Shown here piece by piece: positions 51,679 through 60,875 of a stretch of DNA of 64,000 nt. Source of the DNA: a virus (Duplodnaviria; Caudoviricetes); the IMG/VR virus record IMGVR_UViG_3300028832_000095, positions 128,001 through 192,000 of that record; one strand, 5' to 3'. Below the pieces are notes generated by a model. It searched no databases and was not told the origin of the DNA. It saw only the letters and a program-made list of their open reading frames with translations. A program made the position numbers and the translations under genes. Each line of letters starts with the position of its first letter. The stretch's first letter is position 1.

Positions 51679-53052
51679 ATGGTAAAAGAATATCAATATG
51701 GAGATACAACTCAACTATCTGAGCATTTTAATGCAAAGGAATTTCAATGCAAATGTGGAAAACCACACAGCTTCTTTGTTTCGGAGGAACTTATTGCAAA
51801 TCTTGAAATTCTAAGATCAACACTTGACTGCCGAAATATTCATGTTTCAAGTGGTTTCCGCTGTCCGGAACATGATGTTGCTGTTGGCGGTAAGGGAAAT
51901 GGTAAACATACAAAAGGACTTGCTGCTGATGTTATTTGTTATGATAAAAATGGAAATCCTATTTCATCTAAACTTGTTAGCTGTAAAGCACAAGACATTG
52001 GATTTAAGGGAATTGCAAATATCACAAAATCATACACTTCTACTCATTTAGATATGCGTGAGGGCAAGAAGTGGTATGGTGATGAAACAAAAGGAACATC
52101 TTGGGCTTGCAATGATTTTTATGAATACTATGGTATTCCTAGGGATAATAGTGATGAGGATGATAATATGAGTGATACAACAAAACGTGGAATGGATATT
52201 TCTTATTGTCAAAAGAAAGTTACATGGAGTAAAGTTAAAGGAATTGATTTTGCTATCCTTCGTGCTGGATATGGAAGATATACAAATCAAAAGGACTCAA
52301 TGTTTGAGAGTCATTATGCAGGAGCAAAATCCGTAAATATTCCGGTAGGTGCTTATTGGTACTCATATGCTACAACACCGGAAGATGCTAAAAAAGAAGC
52401 AGATGCTTGTATTGAAGTTATTAAAGGTAAACAATTCGAGTATCCGATATGGTATGATATCGAAGAACAAAAACAGCTTGAAACAGGTAAAAAGAATGTT
52501 TCTGCTATCGTTCGTGCATTCTTAGAAAAAGTACAGAAAGCCGGATATTGGGTAGGAGTATATTCAATGGTAAGTGCCTTGAACAATTATGTTGAAGACG
52601 ATATCTTACAAAAATATTCTGTATGGGTAGCTCATGTCGGCGTTAAGAAACCTTCTTATTCAAAGCCTTATGGAATGTGGCAGTATTCATGGAAAGGTGT
52701 GGTTGATGGAATAACTGGTGACGTTGACATGGATTATGGATATGTTGACTACCCAACCATGATTAAGGAAAAGGGTCTTAATGGCTTTGGTACACCTACA
52801 GATGATACAGATGATAACAAATGTCCATACCCAGAACCTACAAAAGCAATTCGTGAAGGTGATACCGGAGACAGTGTTAAATGGTTACAATGGAATCTAA
52901 TATATCTTGGATATTTCAATGATGAAATAAATGGAATTTTTGATATCTTTACTCTTGGATCACTTCTTGCATATCAATTAAAGAATAATCTTGCCGTAGA
53001 CGGTGTATGTGGTTCTGCTACAAGAAGTTCAATTATAAGTCAAAGTAAATAA
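51679..53052 (+). CDS. Endolysin: peptidase M15 + GH25 muramidase + peptidoglycan-binding domain
   Basis: HFNAKEFQCKCG, SGFRC, H..GLAAD, HLD.R; GMDISYCQ, GAYWYSY, DIEE, WQYS..G.V.GI.GDVD; GD.G..VKWLQ...VDGVCG. Confidence 0.9.
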   Translation: MVKEYQYGDTTQLSEHFNAKEFQCKCGKPHSFFVSEELIANLEILRSTLDCRNIHVSSGFRCPEHDVAVGGKGNGKHTKGLAADVICYDKNGNPISSKLVSCKAQDIGFKGIANITKSYTSTHLDMREGKKWYGDETKGTSWACNDFYEYYGIPRDNSDEDDNMSDTTKRGMDISYCQKKVTWSKVKGIDFAILRAGYGRYTNQKDSMFESHYAGAKSVNIPVGAYWYSYATTPEDAKKEADACIEVIKGKQFEYPIWYDIEEQKQLETGKKNVSAIVRAFLEKVQKAGYWVGVYSMVSALNNYVEDDILQKYSVWVAHVGVKKPSYSKPYGMWQYSWKGVVDGITGDVDMDYGYVDYPTMIKEKGLNGFGTPTDDTDDNKCPYPEPTKAIREGDTGDSVKWLQWNLIYLGYFNDEINGIFDIFTLGSLLAYQLKNNLAVDGVCGSATRSSIISQSK

Positions 53053-53059
53053 TGATATA

Positions 53060-53093
53060 AAAAAGCAAGTGGTGTAAAAGCCACTTGCTTTTT
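53060..53093. terminator. Bidirectional terminator
   Basis: AAAAAGCAAGTGG / CCACTTGCTTTTT. Confidence 0.75.
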
Positions 53094-53100
53094 CTTTTAC

Positions 53101-53484
53101 TTATTCATCATCTTCATCAGTATCTTGACCAAATAGATTCAGAAAAGCATCGTATCCAATTCCGTCAATATCATCATAATCATCTTCTTCGTCACTACTC
53201 ATAAGCTGTTCGTAAACATATTGAGCCTGAACATAAACAGCCATCTCAGAGGAAATATCAAGTTTTCCGTCCTGATACATTTTATTTACAAGTTCCATCC
53301 CTTTTTGGAAGTTTTCAACGTACACTTCAATTCTCTGAAATATTCCGGTTGAAAGAAAACATATAACCCATTGATTTTTATTTGTTTCCTTATCAACAAC
53401 AGAAAAGCAGTCAACTTTATCTACTTCTAACAGACTGAGGGAAGATGATCCAGTTTCACTATACATCAATAACATATTATACAA
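53101..53484 (-). CDS. Hypothetical protein
   Basis: Minus-strand operon, acidic tail. Confidence 0.6.
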   Translation of the reverse strand: MYNMLLMYSETGSSSLSLLEVDKVDCFSVVDKETNKNQWVICFLSTGIFQRIEVYVENFQKGMELVNKMYQDGKLDISSEMAVYVQAQYVYEQLMSSDEEDDYDDIDGIGYDAFLNLFGQDTDEDDE

Positions 53485-53803
53485 TTTCCTTTCTATTATA
53501 GATTTCTTTTACCTTAGACATGAAGTTTTCAATGTCAGTTTGTGCATTTTCAAAACTATTTACATCTAGTGTAAATGTCATATTTCTTTTAGCTTGTGGA
53601 TAGATTGAATTATATCTATAATCTGGAATAGTTGCAATCATCTTTCTATCATTCACAAAGTATTCAAATTTTAATGACATATCCGAATTTCCGCTTGCAT
53701 ATTTTGAACAATCATTACAAGTCGGAAAGAAACCTTGTGATAAAAGGTAAAGTCTAAGATCTGGTAAACATCTGATTTCAATCATAGTTATAATCCTCCT
53801 CAT
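53477..53803 (-). CDS. Hypothetical protein
   Basis: Minus-strand operon with AGGAGG SD. Confidence 0.6.
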   Translation of the reverse strand: MRRIITMIEIRCLPDLRLYLLSQGFFPTCNDCSKYASGNSDMSLKFEYFVNDRKMIATIPDYRYNSIYPQAKRNMTFTLDVNSFENAQTDIENFMSKVKEIYNRKEIV

Positions 53804-53830
53804 GTTATAATAGAACTATTCTATAAACAC

Positions 53831-53859
53831 AGTATAACATATAATTGCAAAAAAGTCAA
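53831..53859 (-). promoter_or_regulatory. sigmaA-type promoter (minus strand)
   Basis: TTGACT-N17-TATACT on reverse strand. Confidence 0.8.
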
Positions 53860-53900
53860 GTAATATTAGATTGTTAAATAAAAAAATTTTCAAAAAACAC

Positions 53901-53929
53901 TTGACAAATATCTAAAAATGTGTTATACT
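53901..53929 (+). promoter_or_regulatory. sigmaA-type early promoter (divergent pair with 53831-53859)
   Basis: TTGACA-N17-TATACT. Confidence 0.85.
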
Positions 53930-53973
53930 ATATTTACAAGGTTAAGATGTGTGATCGGAACAGGAGGTACATT

Positions 53974-54612
53974 ATGGATTCCACAAAGATGATTGAAACC
54001 ATTAAGAAATTACTTAGAACTTCTATGGATAGTGGTGCTACTGAGAATGAAGCGAGACTGGCTTCCCTCAAAGCACAGAAACTTATGGCAAAATACAACA
54101 TCGAGATCACTGATGTTGAAGAACAGGAAGAAGATATTTCCTATACTGTTATTGATACAGGAACAGGAAATAAGTGGAAGTATTCTTTGGCAATTATTGT
54201 TGCAAGAAACTTCTGCTGTAAGTTCTTTACTATCGGAACTGGTAAAATGGCATTCTATGGGTACAACCATAACACAGCGGTTGCAAAAGAAGTTTTTAAT
54301 TTTCTGTATAATGTTGGTAACAGACTTGCAATGAGACATTATCAGAATCTCAGATATCGCAATGAGGAAACAAAAGGTGTTAAAAATTCTTTCCTTATTG
54401 GATATGTAAAAGGTATTGCAAGCGTTCTTGATCAGCAGTGCAGAGCCTTAATGCTTGTAACACCTAAGAAGGTTGAAGAAACCTATAAGGAAATGACTTC
54501 CGAAAATGACTTCCGAACAAAGAATACACGAACTGCATATAATGAAGGAAAGTCTTACGAAGAAGGATACAAAAGGGGCAGAGAAACTGCCGAGAGTAGA
54601 TATATTGAATAA
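53974..54612 (+). CDS. DUF2786-family protein
   Basis: IKKLL...ENEA..A..KAQKLMAKYNI; SF..GY..GI; Y..GY..G. Confidence 0.75.
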   Translation: MDSTKMIETIKKLLRTSMDSGATENEARLASLKAQKLMAKYNIEITDVEEQEEDISYTVIDTGTGNKWKYSLAIIVARNFCCKFFTIGTGKMAFYGYNHNTAVAKEVFNFLYNVGNRLAMRHYQNLRYRNEETKGVKNSFLIGYVKGIASVLDQQCRALMLVTPKKVEETYKEMTSENDFRTKNTRTAYNEGKSYEEGYKRGRETAESRYIE

Positions 54613-54654
54613 AGATAAATAATTGTAGGACAAAAAGAAAAGGAGATAACTAAA

Positions 54655-54858
54655 ATGAAAACTTTCAAAAATAAGGCATCCAGAAACGGTTATATATTCG
54701 GTCAGATCTGTTCTGTTGTCGGTGTACTGATGATTCTGGTATCTCTTATAACAATGGAAACAGCAGAACAAACAATTAACATCAAAGGATTTATGACTGC
54801 CATGATCGGATTCCTTGTATACAAATACGGTGATTTTAGAACAGGAGGATTGAAATGA
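54655..54858 (+). CDS. Small membrane protein
   Basis: Two hydrophobic segments. Confidence 0.55.
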   Translation: MKTFKNKASRNGYIFGQICSVVGVLMILVSLITMETAEQTINIKGFMTAMIGFLVYKYGDFRTGGLK

Positions 54859-55235
54859 AAAAGTTCGGCTATTTCATCAAGTTCACAACACTTGATATTA
54901 TCATTAGTGGAGTATGTGGATATATCACATACACGAAAACTCTTTCCGGATCTCTTTGGTGGCTTCTCGGTGGAGCTGCTTGTGGATATCTTGCACTAAT
55001 ATTTGCAATTGATATCCTTGTAGAGATCAACCTATTTCTCTGTGGAGAAATTGATAATGAATGGTTAGTTGTAAGAGAAGCTATCCCTGGTGTTGGAGAA
55101 ATCCTTGCTGCAATGTTTGAAGGATTTGGAACTAGCACAAGACTTTCTGCAAATGAAAAACTCAAAGTAAAAGACCTTATGCAGACTATTGATGAGTATC
55201 ATAACGGAAGTCACAACCGGATTGATCGTAAATAA
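54855..55235 (+). CDS. Membrane protein
   Basis: Two TM segments. Confidence 0.55.
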   Translation: MKKFGYFIKFTTLDIIISGVCGYITYTKTLSGSLWWLLGGAACGYLALIFAIDILVEINLFLCGEIDNEWLVVREAIPGVGEILAAMFEGFGTSTRLSANEKLKVKDLMQTIDEYHNGSHNRIDRK

Positions 55236-55260
55236 ATATAGTACATCTAGTGTTAAATTT

Positions 55261-55293
55261 TGTAACCCTTGTAACCGCCATACAAGGGTTACA
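55261..55293. repeat. 13-bp perfect inverted repeat with TGTAAC units
   Basis: TGTAACCCTTGTA-N7-TACAAGGGTTACA. Confidence 0.8.
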
Positions 55294-55528
55294 TTTTGTA
55301 ACATAAAATATATTATATATTAACCACAAAAAAAACAGCATAAAACATAAGATAATATACATTAAACAATAAGTATAATAACACAATAATATAATAACTA
55401 TATGTATATACATTCTTTTAGTAGATAATTGTTTGTTGATTATTTATTAAGATTTTGGCGTTCGTTATATGTTTTAACAATTACAAAAACCGATCATATA
55501 TCAACATAATATTTGTGTAAAATAACTA

Positions 55529-55557
55529 TTGACAACGATTTGCAAATATGTTATACT
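55529..55557 (+). promoter_or_regulatory. sigmaA-type promoter
   Basis: TTGACA-N17-TATACT. Confidence 0.85.
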
Positions 55558-55563
55558 AAAAAT

Positions 55564-55690
55564 GTAAAAGAGTAACGGCTTTACAACATAATTGAATAAA
55601 TACTTGTCCGTGTTTTGTGGTTGTAAAGTCGCTACATGGAGGAATAAACACATCCAGAAGTCCGTTACCTTTTGGGTGTGTTTATTTTTT
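55564..55690 (+). ncRNA. Structured leader / small RNA ending in terminator
   Basis: 16-bp stem 55572-87/55620-35; 18-bp terminator stem 55643-60/55669-86 + T-run. Confidence 0.55.
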
Positions 55691-55766
55691 ATGTGTTTGA
55701 TTTTAATAAGTGTGAAACAAAACAAAACAATATAGGTAAAATATTCTGTTTTGGAGGGGATTCAAA

Positions 55767-57062
55767 TTGGAACAGTCTTTTTTAAGTACAGTGGTTTCAT
55801 TGAAGAAATCTGGAATGGGCAACGGTGATATCTATAAAGTGTTGCATAATAAATTTCCAGAACTCACATATGAGTGCATTCGATCCAGAGTTAGAAGATT
55901 AAATATTGATAATATACAGACAGAAAGCGTAAGAGTAGAAGATCAGGAATTAGAACCACAAACAACCTCAATGGAATATCGCAAAGATGGAACTATTGTC
56001 TTTGAAAAAGTTATTTGTTTAGCAAAGAATCAGGAACTAACACCTGAGAATATACTTATTGCACATGGTATGAATCCTGATAAATGGGAGATTATTTCAT
56101 ATAAGAATAACTTTTGGCAATCGCAGAAAAAAGGTGGAGAGATATTAAACCTTTACCAAAGCAAGATTACCGCCAAACCAAGAAAAGAGTATATAAGCCT
56201 AGAAGATATCAAAAAACATTTTGATACTTTTAGCAGAGAACATAAAGCACCAACACCTTTTGATAACTATGTATATCCAAAAGGAAACAGAGAACTGTTA
56301 TATGAAATAAACATATGTGATCTTCATCTTGGAAGATTTTGTTATGACAACGAAACAGATGAACCACTAAGCACAGAGATCACAAAGAAAAGATACTTTG
56401 ATGTTATTAAAGCTGAGTGTGAAAGAATCAAAAGTTTTGGGAATGATGTTTCTAAAATCCTGTTTGTTTGGTCAAATGATTTCTTTAATTCGGACGGTAT
56501 ATCAGGATGCACAACTGGTGGAACTCCACAAGATACTGATAAGAAATGGCAAGAATTATATAAAATAGGAATTGAAATGCTTGTTGATACTGTTGAGATG
56601 TTAGTTCAATATGCTCCTGTTATTACATTCTATATAGCTTCTAACCACAGCCGTCAGGTAGATTTTTTTGCGATTAACTATCTGTATGCTTGGTTTAGAA
56701 AATATAGTAATGTCGATGTGTGGACTAACTGTTCTCCAAGACAGTATGTTGTATTTGGTCAAAACTTATTAGGTTTTGCTCATGGGTATTATGAAAAGAA
56801 AGATCAACTTCCATTTTTAATGAGTAATGAGTGTTCTAAAGAATGGTCTAATACAAAGTATAGAGAATTCCACTTAGCACATATTCACTCCGAGAAAGTA
56901 GAAGAAAAAGGCGGTATTGTATTCCGTTGGCTACCAAGTGTGACAAGTGCTGATACATGGTCAAAAGAATGTGGATATGTAATGGCAACAAAAAGAAGTT
57001 ATAGTTTTGTATATGATCATGATAAAGGACTTATTCAGATCAATTCAACTATTGTGGAGTGA
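55767..57062 (+). CDS. Calcineurin-like phosphoesterase with N-terminal extension
   Basis: CDLHLG, NDFFN, SNH, FAHG, HLAHIH. Confidence 0.75.
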   Translation: MEQSFLSTVVSLKKSGMGNGDIYKVLHNKFPELTYECIRSRVRRLNIDNIQTESVRVEDQELEPQTTSMEYRKDGTIVFEKVICLAKNQELTPENILIAHGMNPDKWEIISYKNNFWQSQKKGGEILNLYQSKITAKPRKEYISLEDIKKHFDTFSREHKAPTPFDNYVYPKGNRELLYEINICDLHLGRFCYDNETDEPLSTEITKKRYFDVIKAECERIKSFGNDVSKILFVWSNDFFNSDGISGCTTGGTPQDTDKKWQELYKIGIEMLVDTVEMLVQYAPVITFYIASNHSRQVDFFAINYLYAWFRKYSNVDVWTNCSPRQYVVFGQNLLGFAHGYYEKKDQLPFLMSNECSKEWSNTKYREFHLAHIHSEKVEEKGGIVFRWLPSVTSADTWSKECGYVMATKRSYSFVYDHDKGLIQINSTIVE

Positions 57063-57376
57063 TTTATGTGAGCAGATCATATAGGAAGAATCCTATTCTA
57101 AAAGATAGATATGGTTCTAAAGCATTGCGTTTTTTCAAAAGACAATCAAATAAAAAGGTTCGTAAGGATGACAATATTGCACAACATGGAAAATTCAAAA
57201 AGATTTATAACTCATGGGAGATACATGATTATATTGGAAGATACTCAGAACAGGAATTTCAAGAATCATGGAAATCAGAAACTTCAAAACCAAAATACTT
57301 ACAATGGATGCATAAACAATTTAAGACATATAAAGAAGCGCTTATATGGTGGAAGAAGAAATACAGATATAAATAA
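57059..57376 (+). CDS. Basic hypothetical protein
   Basis: SRSYRK.P...K...NKKVR...KK.Y.SW.I.DY. Confidence 0.6.
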   Translation: MIYVSRSYRKNPILKDRYGSKALRFFKRQSNKKVRKDDNIAQHGKFKKIYNSWEIHDYIGRYSEQEFQESWKSETSKPKYLQWMHKQFKTYKEALIWWKKKYRYK

Positions 57377-57381
57377 AGGAG

Positions 57382-57582
57382 TTGGTTAAATTGAAACTTA
57401 GAATCAATGAAGATACTGCTTGTATTCCTTCAAAAACATCTTATATGAATGAAGATGGATTTTATAATGGAATATATTATTTTGGAGATCCTAAACAGCC
57501 AAAGAGTTGGAGAGATTATGTAAAGAGTAAAAAGAAACAAACAGAAAAACTAACAATTGCAGAAACAGACGAACAGCTTTAA
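57382..57582 (+). CDS. Small protein with (M)KLRINE tag
   Basis: SD AAGGAG; probable TTG start 57391. Confidence 0.55.
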   Translation: MVKLKLRINEDTACIPSKTSYMNEDGFYNGIYYFGDPKQPKSWRDYVKSKKKQTEKLTIAETDEQL

Positions 57583-57594
57583 GGAGTTGTAATA

Positions 57595-58290
57595 ATGATA
57601 ATAGGTGGTATACAAAAACTAACACTTTTAGATTATCCTGAAAAAGTAGCGTGTACTGTTTTTACATATGGATGCAATTTAAGATGTCCTTTCTGTCATA
57701 ATAAAGCATTAGTTACAGAATCCGCAACAAATGTTATTCAGGAACAGCAAATATATGATTTTCTAAAAACAAGAAAAGGAATACTTGATGCTGTATGTAT
57801 CTCAGGTGGTGAGCCTTTTCTTAATTTAGATATAATTGATTTTGCTAAAAACATAAAAGAAATGGGATTCCTTGTAAAAGTAGATACGAATGGAACTTTT
57901 CCGGAACGATTAGAAGAACTATGTAATACCGGATATATAGATTATGTAGCAATGGATATAAAGAACAGTATTGATAAATATACCATGACTTGCGGAATAG
58001 ATAAGATCGTTGTTGGAAAAGTTATGAAATCGGTTAGTTACCTAATGTCACAAGATAAAGTTGATTATGAGTTCAGAACAACTTGCACAGAGACATTTCA
58101 TACTGAGGAAGATATAGATAAAATAGCTTCTTGGATCAAAGGATGTAATCACTATTATTTACAGAAATATCTTTATCGAGAATCCGTTATAGACAAAACT
58201 TGTTTAGAATGTAGTAATGAGAAGATGAAAGACTTCTTAGCTATTGCACAACGGCATATACCGAATACAAAACTAAGAGGAGTTGAATGA
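57595..58290 (+). CDS. nrdG: Anaerobic ribonucleotide reductase activating enzyme (radical SAM)
   Basis: GGIQKLTLLDYP, GCNLRCPFCHN, SGGEP, KVDTNG, YVAMDIK, YEFRTT. Confidence 0.88.
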   Translation: MIIGGIQKLTLLDYPEKVACTVFTYGCNLRCPFCHNKALVTESATNVIQEQQIYDFLKTRKGILDAVCISGGEPFLNLDIIDFAKNIKEMGFLVKVDTNGTFPERLEELCNTGYIDYVAMDIKNSIDKYTMTCGIDKIVVGKVMKSVSYLMSQDKVDYEFRTTCTETFHTEEDIDKIASWIKGCNHYYLQKYLYRESVIDKTCLECSNEKMKDFLAIAQRHIPNTKLRGVE

Positions 58291-58293
58291 GAG

Positions 58294-58533
58294 ATGAAAC
58301 TATATATTCACGAAAAAGGAAAAGATAATCACTATTTTTATGTTATGGGATGGAAGACAGATAATAAGCAATCTGCACCATATAAGAGATGTAAATTCGA
58401 TATCTATGATGAAGCAGTACAGTTCTTCAAAGACATATCTAAGGTATGTAAATATGTTGAAATGTTTGAGTATATTGGAGGAAAAAGAAAGTGGATCGCA
58501 GATACAGACGATACTTCCATTTTTGAAACCTGA
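58294..58533 (+). CDS. Small protein with MKLYIHE tag
   Basis: SD GAGGAG. Confidence 0.55.
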   Translation: MKLYIHEKGKDNHYFYVMGWKTDNKQSAPYKRCKFDIYDEAVQFFKDISKVCKYVEMFEYIGGKRKWIADTDDTSIFET

Positions 58534-58640
58534 TATGTAAAATAAATACAAATCACATAAAGATTCTAAGTAGTTTCTTCAACTACAATATTAGCAAAGA
58601 TTCTTTGTGTGATTTTTATTTTATTTTGGAGGTGGTCGAA

Positions 58641-59030
58641 ATGATCTATGTTCCGGTTGATGTAAGGGAACCGATAGTAGGTAAACCATCTATTAGAATA
58701 CAGAATGGACTAACTAATAACTTCCCAGAGATCGTTTTTGAACTTCACGATAAATGTAAATACTTTGATCTTGGTGATGATGTATCTTTAATGGCAGTTA
58801 TAACAAATACATATGAAGAATCTGTTGTGTTTACTGGTGAACTAAGTATATTGAATCCACATAGAGGACAGATTCTATGCAAACTCAGCGCAAAAGACTT
58901 TACTAGAACAGGGTTAAACACTTTAACTATCTTATGTACTTCACAGAATTTTGACATTTCATTTCAAAAAACGGTATTTGTAGAATCCATAAGTGATTCT
59001 ATATTAGATATTATGGAAAGGGGAAGCTAA
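58641..59030 (+). CDS. BppU-like baseplate upper protein domain
   Basis: Q......I.F.L.D....FDL...G...I.....G.I...L....T..G pattern; SD GGAGG. Confidence 0.55.
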   Translation: MIYVPVDVREPIVGKPSIRIQNGLTNNFPEIVFELHDKCKYFDLGDDVSLMAVITNTYEESVVFTGELSILNPHRGQILCKLSAKDFTRTGLNTLTILCTSQNFDISFQKTVFVESISDSILDIMERGS

Positions 59031-59032
59031 TT

Positions 59033-59422
59033 ATGAAAGAGTTTTTTATTGCGTTAGGATCAACGGTTGTTCTTATCATTCTTTCTAGTGTTCTTGTGGC
59101 GGTTGGTAGATTTGCCCATGTTCAGTTTGAAAGACTTAAACAAGCAACCGATAATGAAACATTAAAGAACCTTATATCTAAATTAGATTATATTGTTCAA
59201 TTATGTGTAGAAGCAACCAATCAAAAGTTTGTGAATGATAAAAAGAAAACAGGAGAGTTTACAAAAGAAGATATGGAAGAAGCATTTACACAAACTCTTA
59301 ACAATATCACTAATATGCTAACAGATGAAGATAAGGAAATGATTATAAGCAATTTCGGTGATGTTAGCACCCTTATCTGTAATTCTATTGAATCTTATAT
59401 TAAACAATCAAAAGACATTTAA
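59033..59422 (+). CDS. Putative holin (LL-H-like)
   Basis: One N-terminal TM; V..CVEATNQ.FV...KK.G.F...IE..I. Confidence 0.6.
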   Translation: MKEFFIALGSTVVLIILSSVLVAVGRFAHVQFERLKQATDNETLKNLISKLDYIVQLCVEATNQKFVNDKKKTGEFTKEDMEEAFTQTLNNITNMLTDEDKEMIISNFGDVSTLICNSIESYIKQSKDI

Positions 59423-59427
59423 GGAGT

Positions 59428-59829
59428 GTGACAATAATGGATAATGAAAAGATTGTAGAAAAAGTCGCAGAACATGATGTTCGTATAGGAGTTCTTGAAA
59501 GAGATCACGCCCAGCTAGAAACAGATGTTAAAAAACTATCAGACATGAATGTTTCTATACATGATATGCTTGGCGAAATGAAAGCTATGAGAATTGAAAC
59601 AAACGGCAAAATTGATACATTGGATACTAAGTTTGAAAATTTAACAACTGATGTGAAACAAGTAAAAACAGGATTATCTGAGGTATCAAATAAAGTCACA
59701 GAACTTGAGACAGTTCCGGATAAAAAAGATGCAAAACTCTTTAATGATATAAAGTATAAAATACTGTGGATCATTATAGCTGGAGCAGTAGGTTTTCTTT
59801 TAGCACAAGCATTTCCACAAATATTCTAA
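59428..59829 (+). CDS. XhlA-like coiled-coil membrane protein (lysis accessory)
   Basis: Coiled coil + C-terminal TM. Confidence 0.55.
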   Translation: MTIMDNEKIVEKVAEHDVRIGVLERDHAQLETDVKKLSDMNVSIHDMLGEMKAMRIETNGKIDTLDTKFENLTTDVKQVKTGLSEVSNKVTELETVPDKKDAKLFNDIKYKILWIIIAGAVGFLLAQAFPQIF

Positions 59830-59841
59830 GGAGAGGATTAT

Positions 59842-60144
59842 ATGGTTCGTCTATTAGAATATGAACAGTTGATACATGTTGATGCAAAAACAGAATTGAA
59901 AAAAGCTACAATTCAGTATGCTTTGTATAATGCTCAATATACAAGAAGATATGCAAAGTTTTATACTGGAAAATATTATATCACAGTTTCATTCAACCGT
60001 GATAATACAATTCAACTATCATCCAATTATCGTGTTGACATGAAGTTTAATAGAGACTTACAGCGATTGGAAGATCAAAAGTATACTCTTTATAAGACTA
60101 CATACTTTATTTGGTATTGGATGAATAAACTAAGAAAACTATAA
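59842..60144 (+). CDS. Hypothetical protein
   Basis: SD AGGAG. Confidence 0.55.
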   Translation: MVRLLEYEQLIHVDAKTELKKATIQYALYNAQYTRRYAKFYTGKYYITVSFNRDNTIQLSSNYRVDMKFNRDLQRLEDQKYTLYKTTYFIWYWMNKLRKL

Positions 60145-60161
60145 GAAAGGATCTAGTTGCT

Positions 60162-60875
60162 ATGAATAAATTTATTACAAAGGTTTTCAAAGGCGCAGGA
60201 GTTAATGCAAAAGTGTCTAAAGATTCTAAAAATCCAAGATTTAAGGTAGTAGAGAATAAGCTAACACTTGAAGGCGTTGTGACTCCTACAAGATATAAGA
60301 TGACAATCACAGATAATACTGGTGCTGAGATTGATGAACTTTCTGTTTCTATTAAGAATAGCAATGATGTTGTAAATAGAATCAATGAATCTATTCAAAC
60401 ACTTCAAATGCTTTCTAAGGCATATGACCACAAGAAACTTGTCGAGGAAGATGAAGAGTTTGATACTGTCACAGTAGATGATGAAGAAGAAATTATTGAC
60501 GAAGAGCCAAAGGATATTGTTGATGGTCTTGCAGAAGTATATGAGGATGTTCTTGATATCGCTGAAAAAGTACAGTCTTTAACAGATCTTGTTGATGATA
60601 ACGATGCAGAAACAATTAACAACATTATCGGAATAACAAGTTCTTTATATGATTGTGCCATTGATATTGATGATTTCAAAATGGAGTTAGAGCCAGAGGA
60701 AGAAGAGGATATGGACGAATCCTTAAACAGAAAAAAGACTTCTTCCGGATATGTTAAGAATGTTATCAGTAACCTTACAATGTCTGAATCACTGCTTAGA
60801 GGAAACAAAGAACTTAGAGATATCTATAATGCTATAAAGGATATTAAATCAGAGTTGATAGTTAGGGGATATTGA
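60162..60875 (+). CDS. Acidic protein, candidate prohead core/internal protein
   Basis: INES, KKLVEE, MDESL, MSESL sites. Confidence 0.5.
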   Translation: MNKFITKVFKGAGVNAKVSKDSKNPRFKVVENKLTLEGVVTPTRYKMTITDNTGAEIDELSVSIKNSNDVVNRINESIQTLQMLSKAYDHKKLVEEDEEFDTVTVDDEEEIIDEEPKDIVDGLAEVYEDVLDIAEKVQSLTDLVDDNDAETINNIIGITSSLYDCAIDIDDFKMELEPEEEEDMDESLNRKKTSSGYVKNVISNLTMSESLLRGNKELRDIYNAIKDIKSELIVRGY

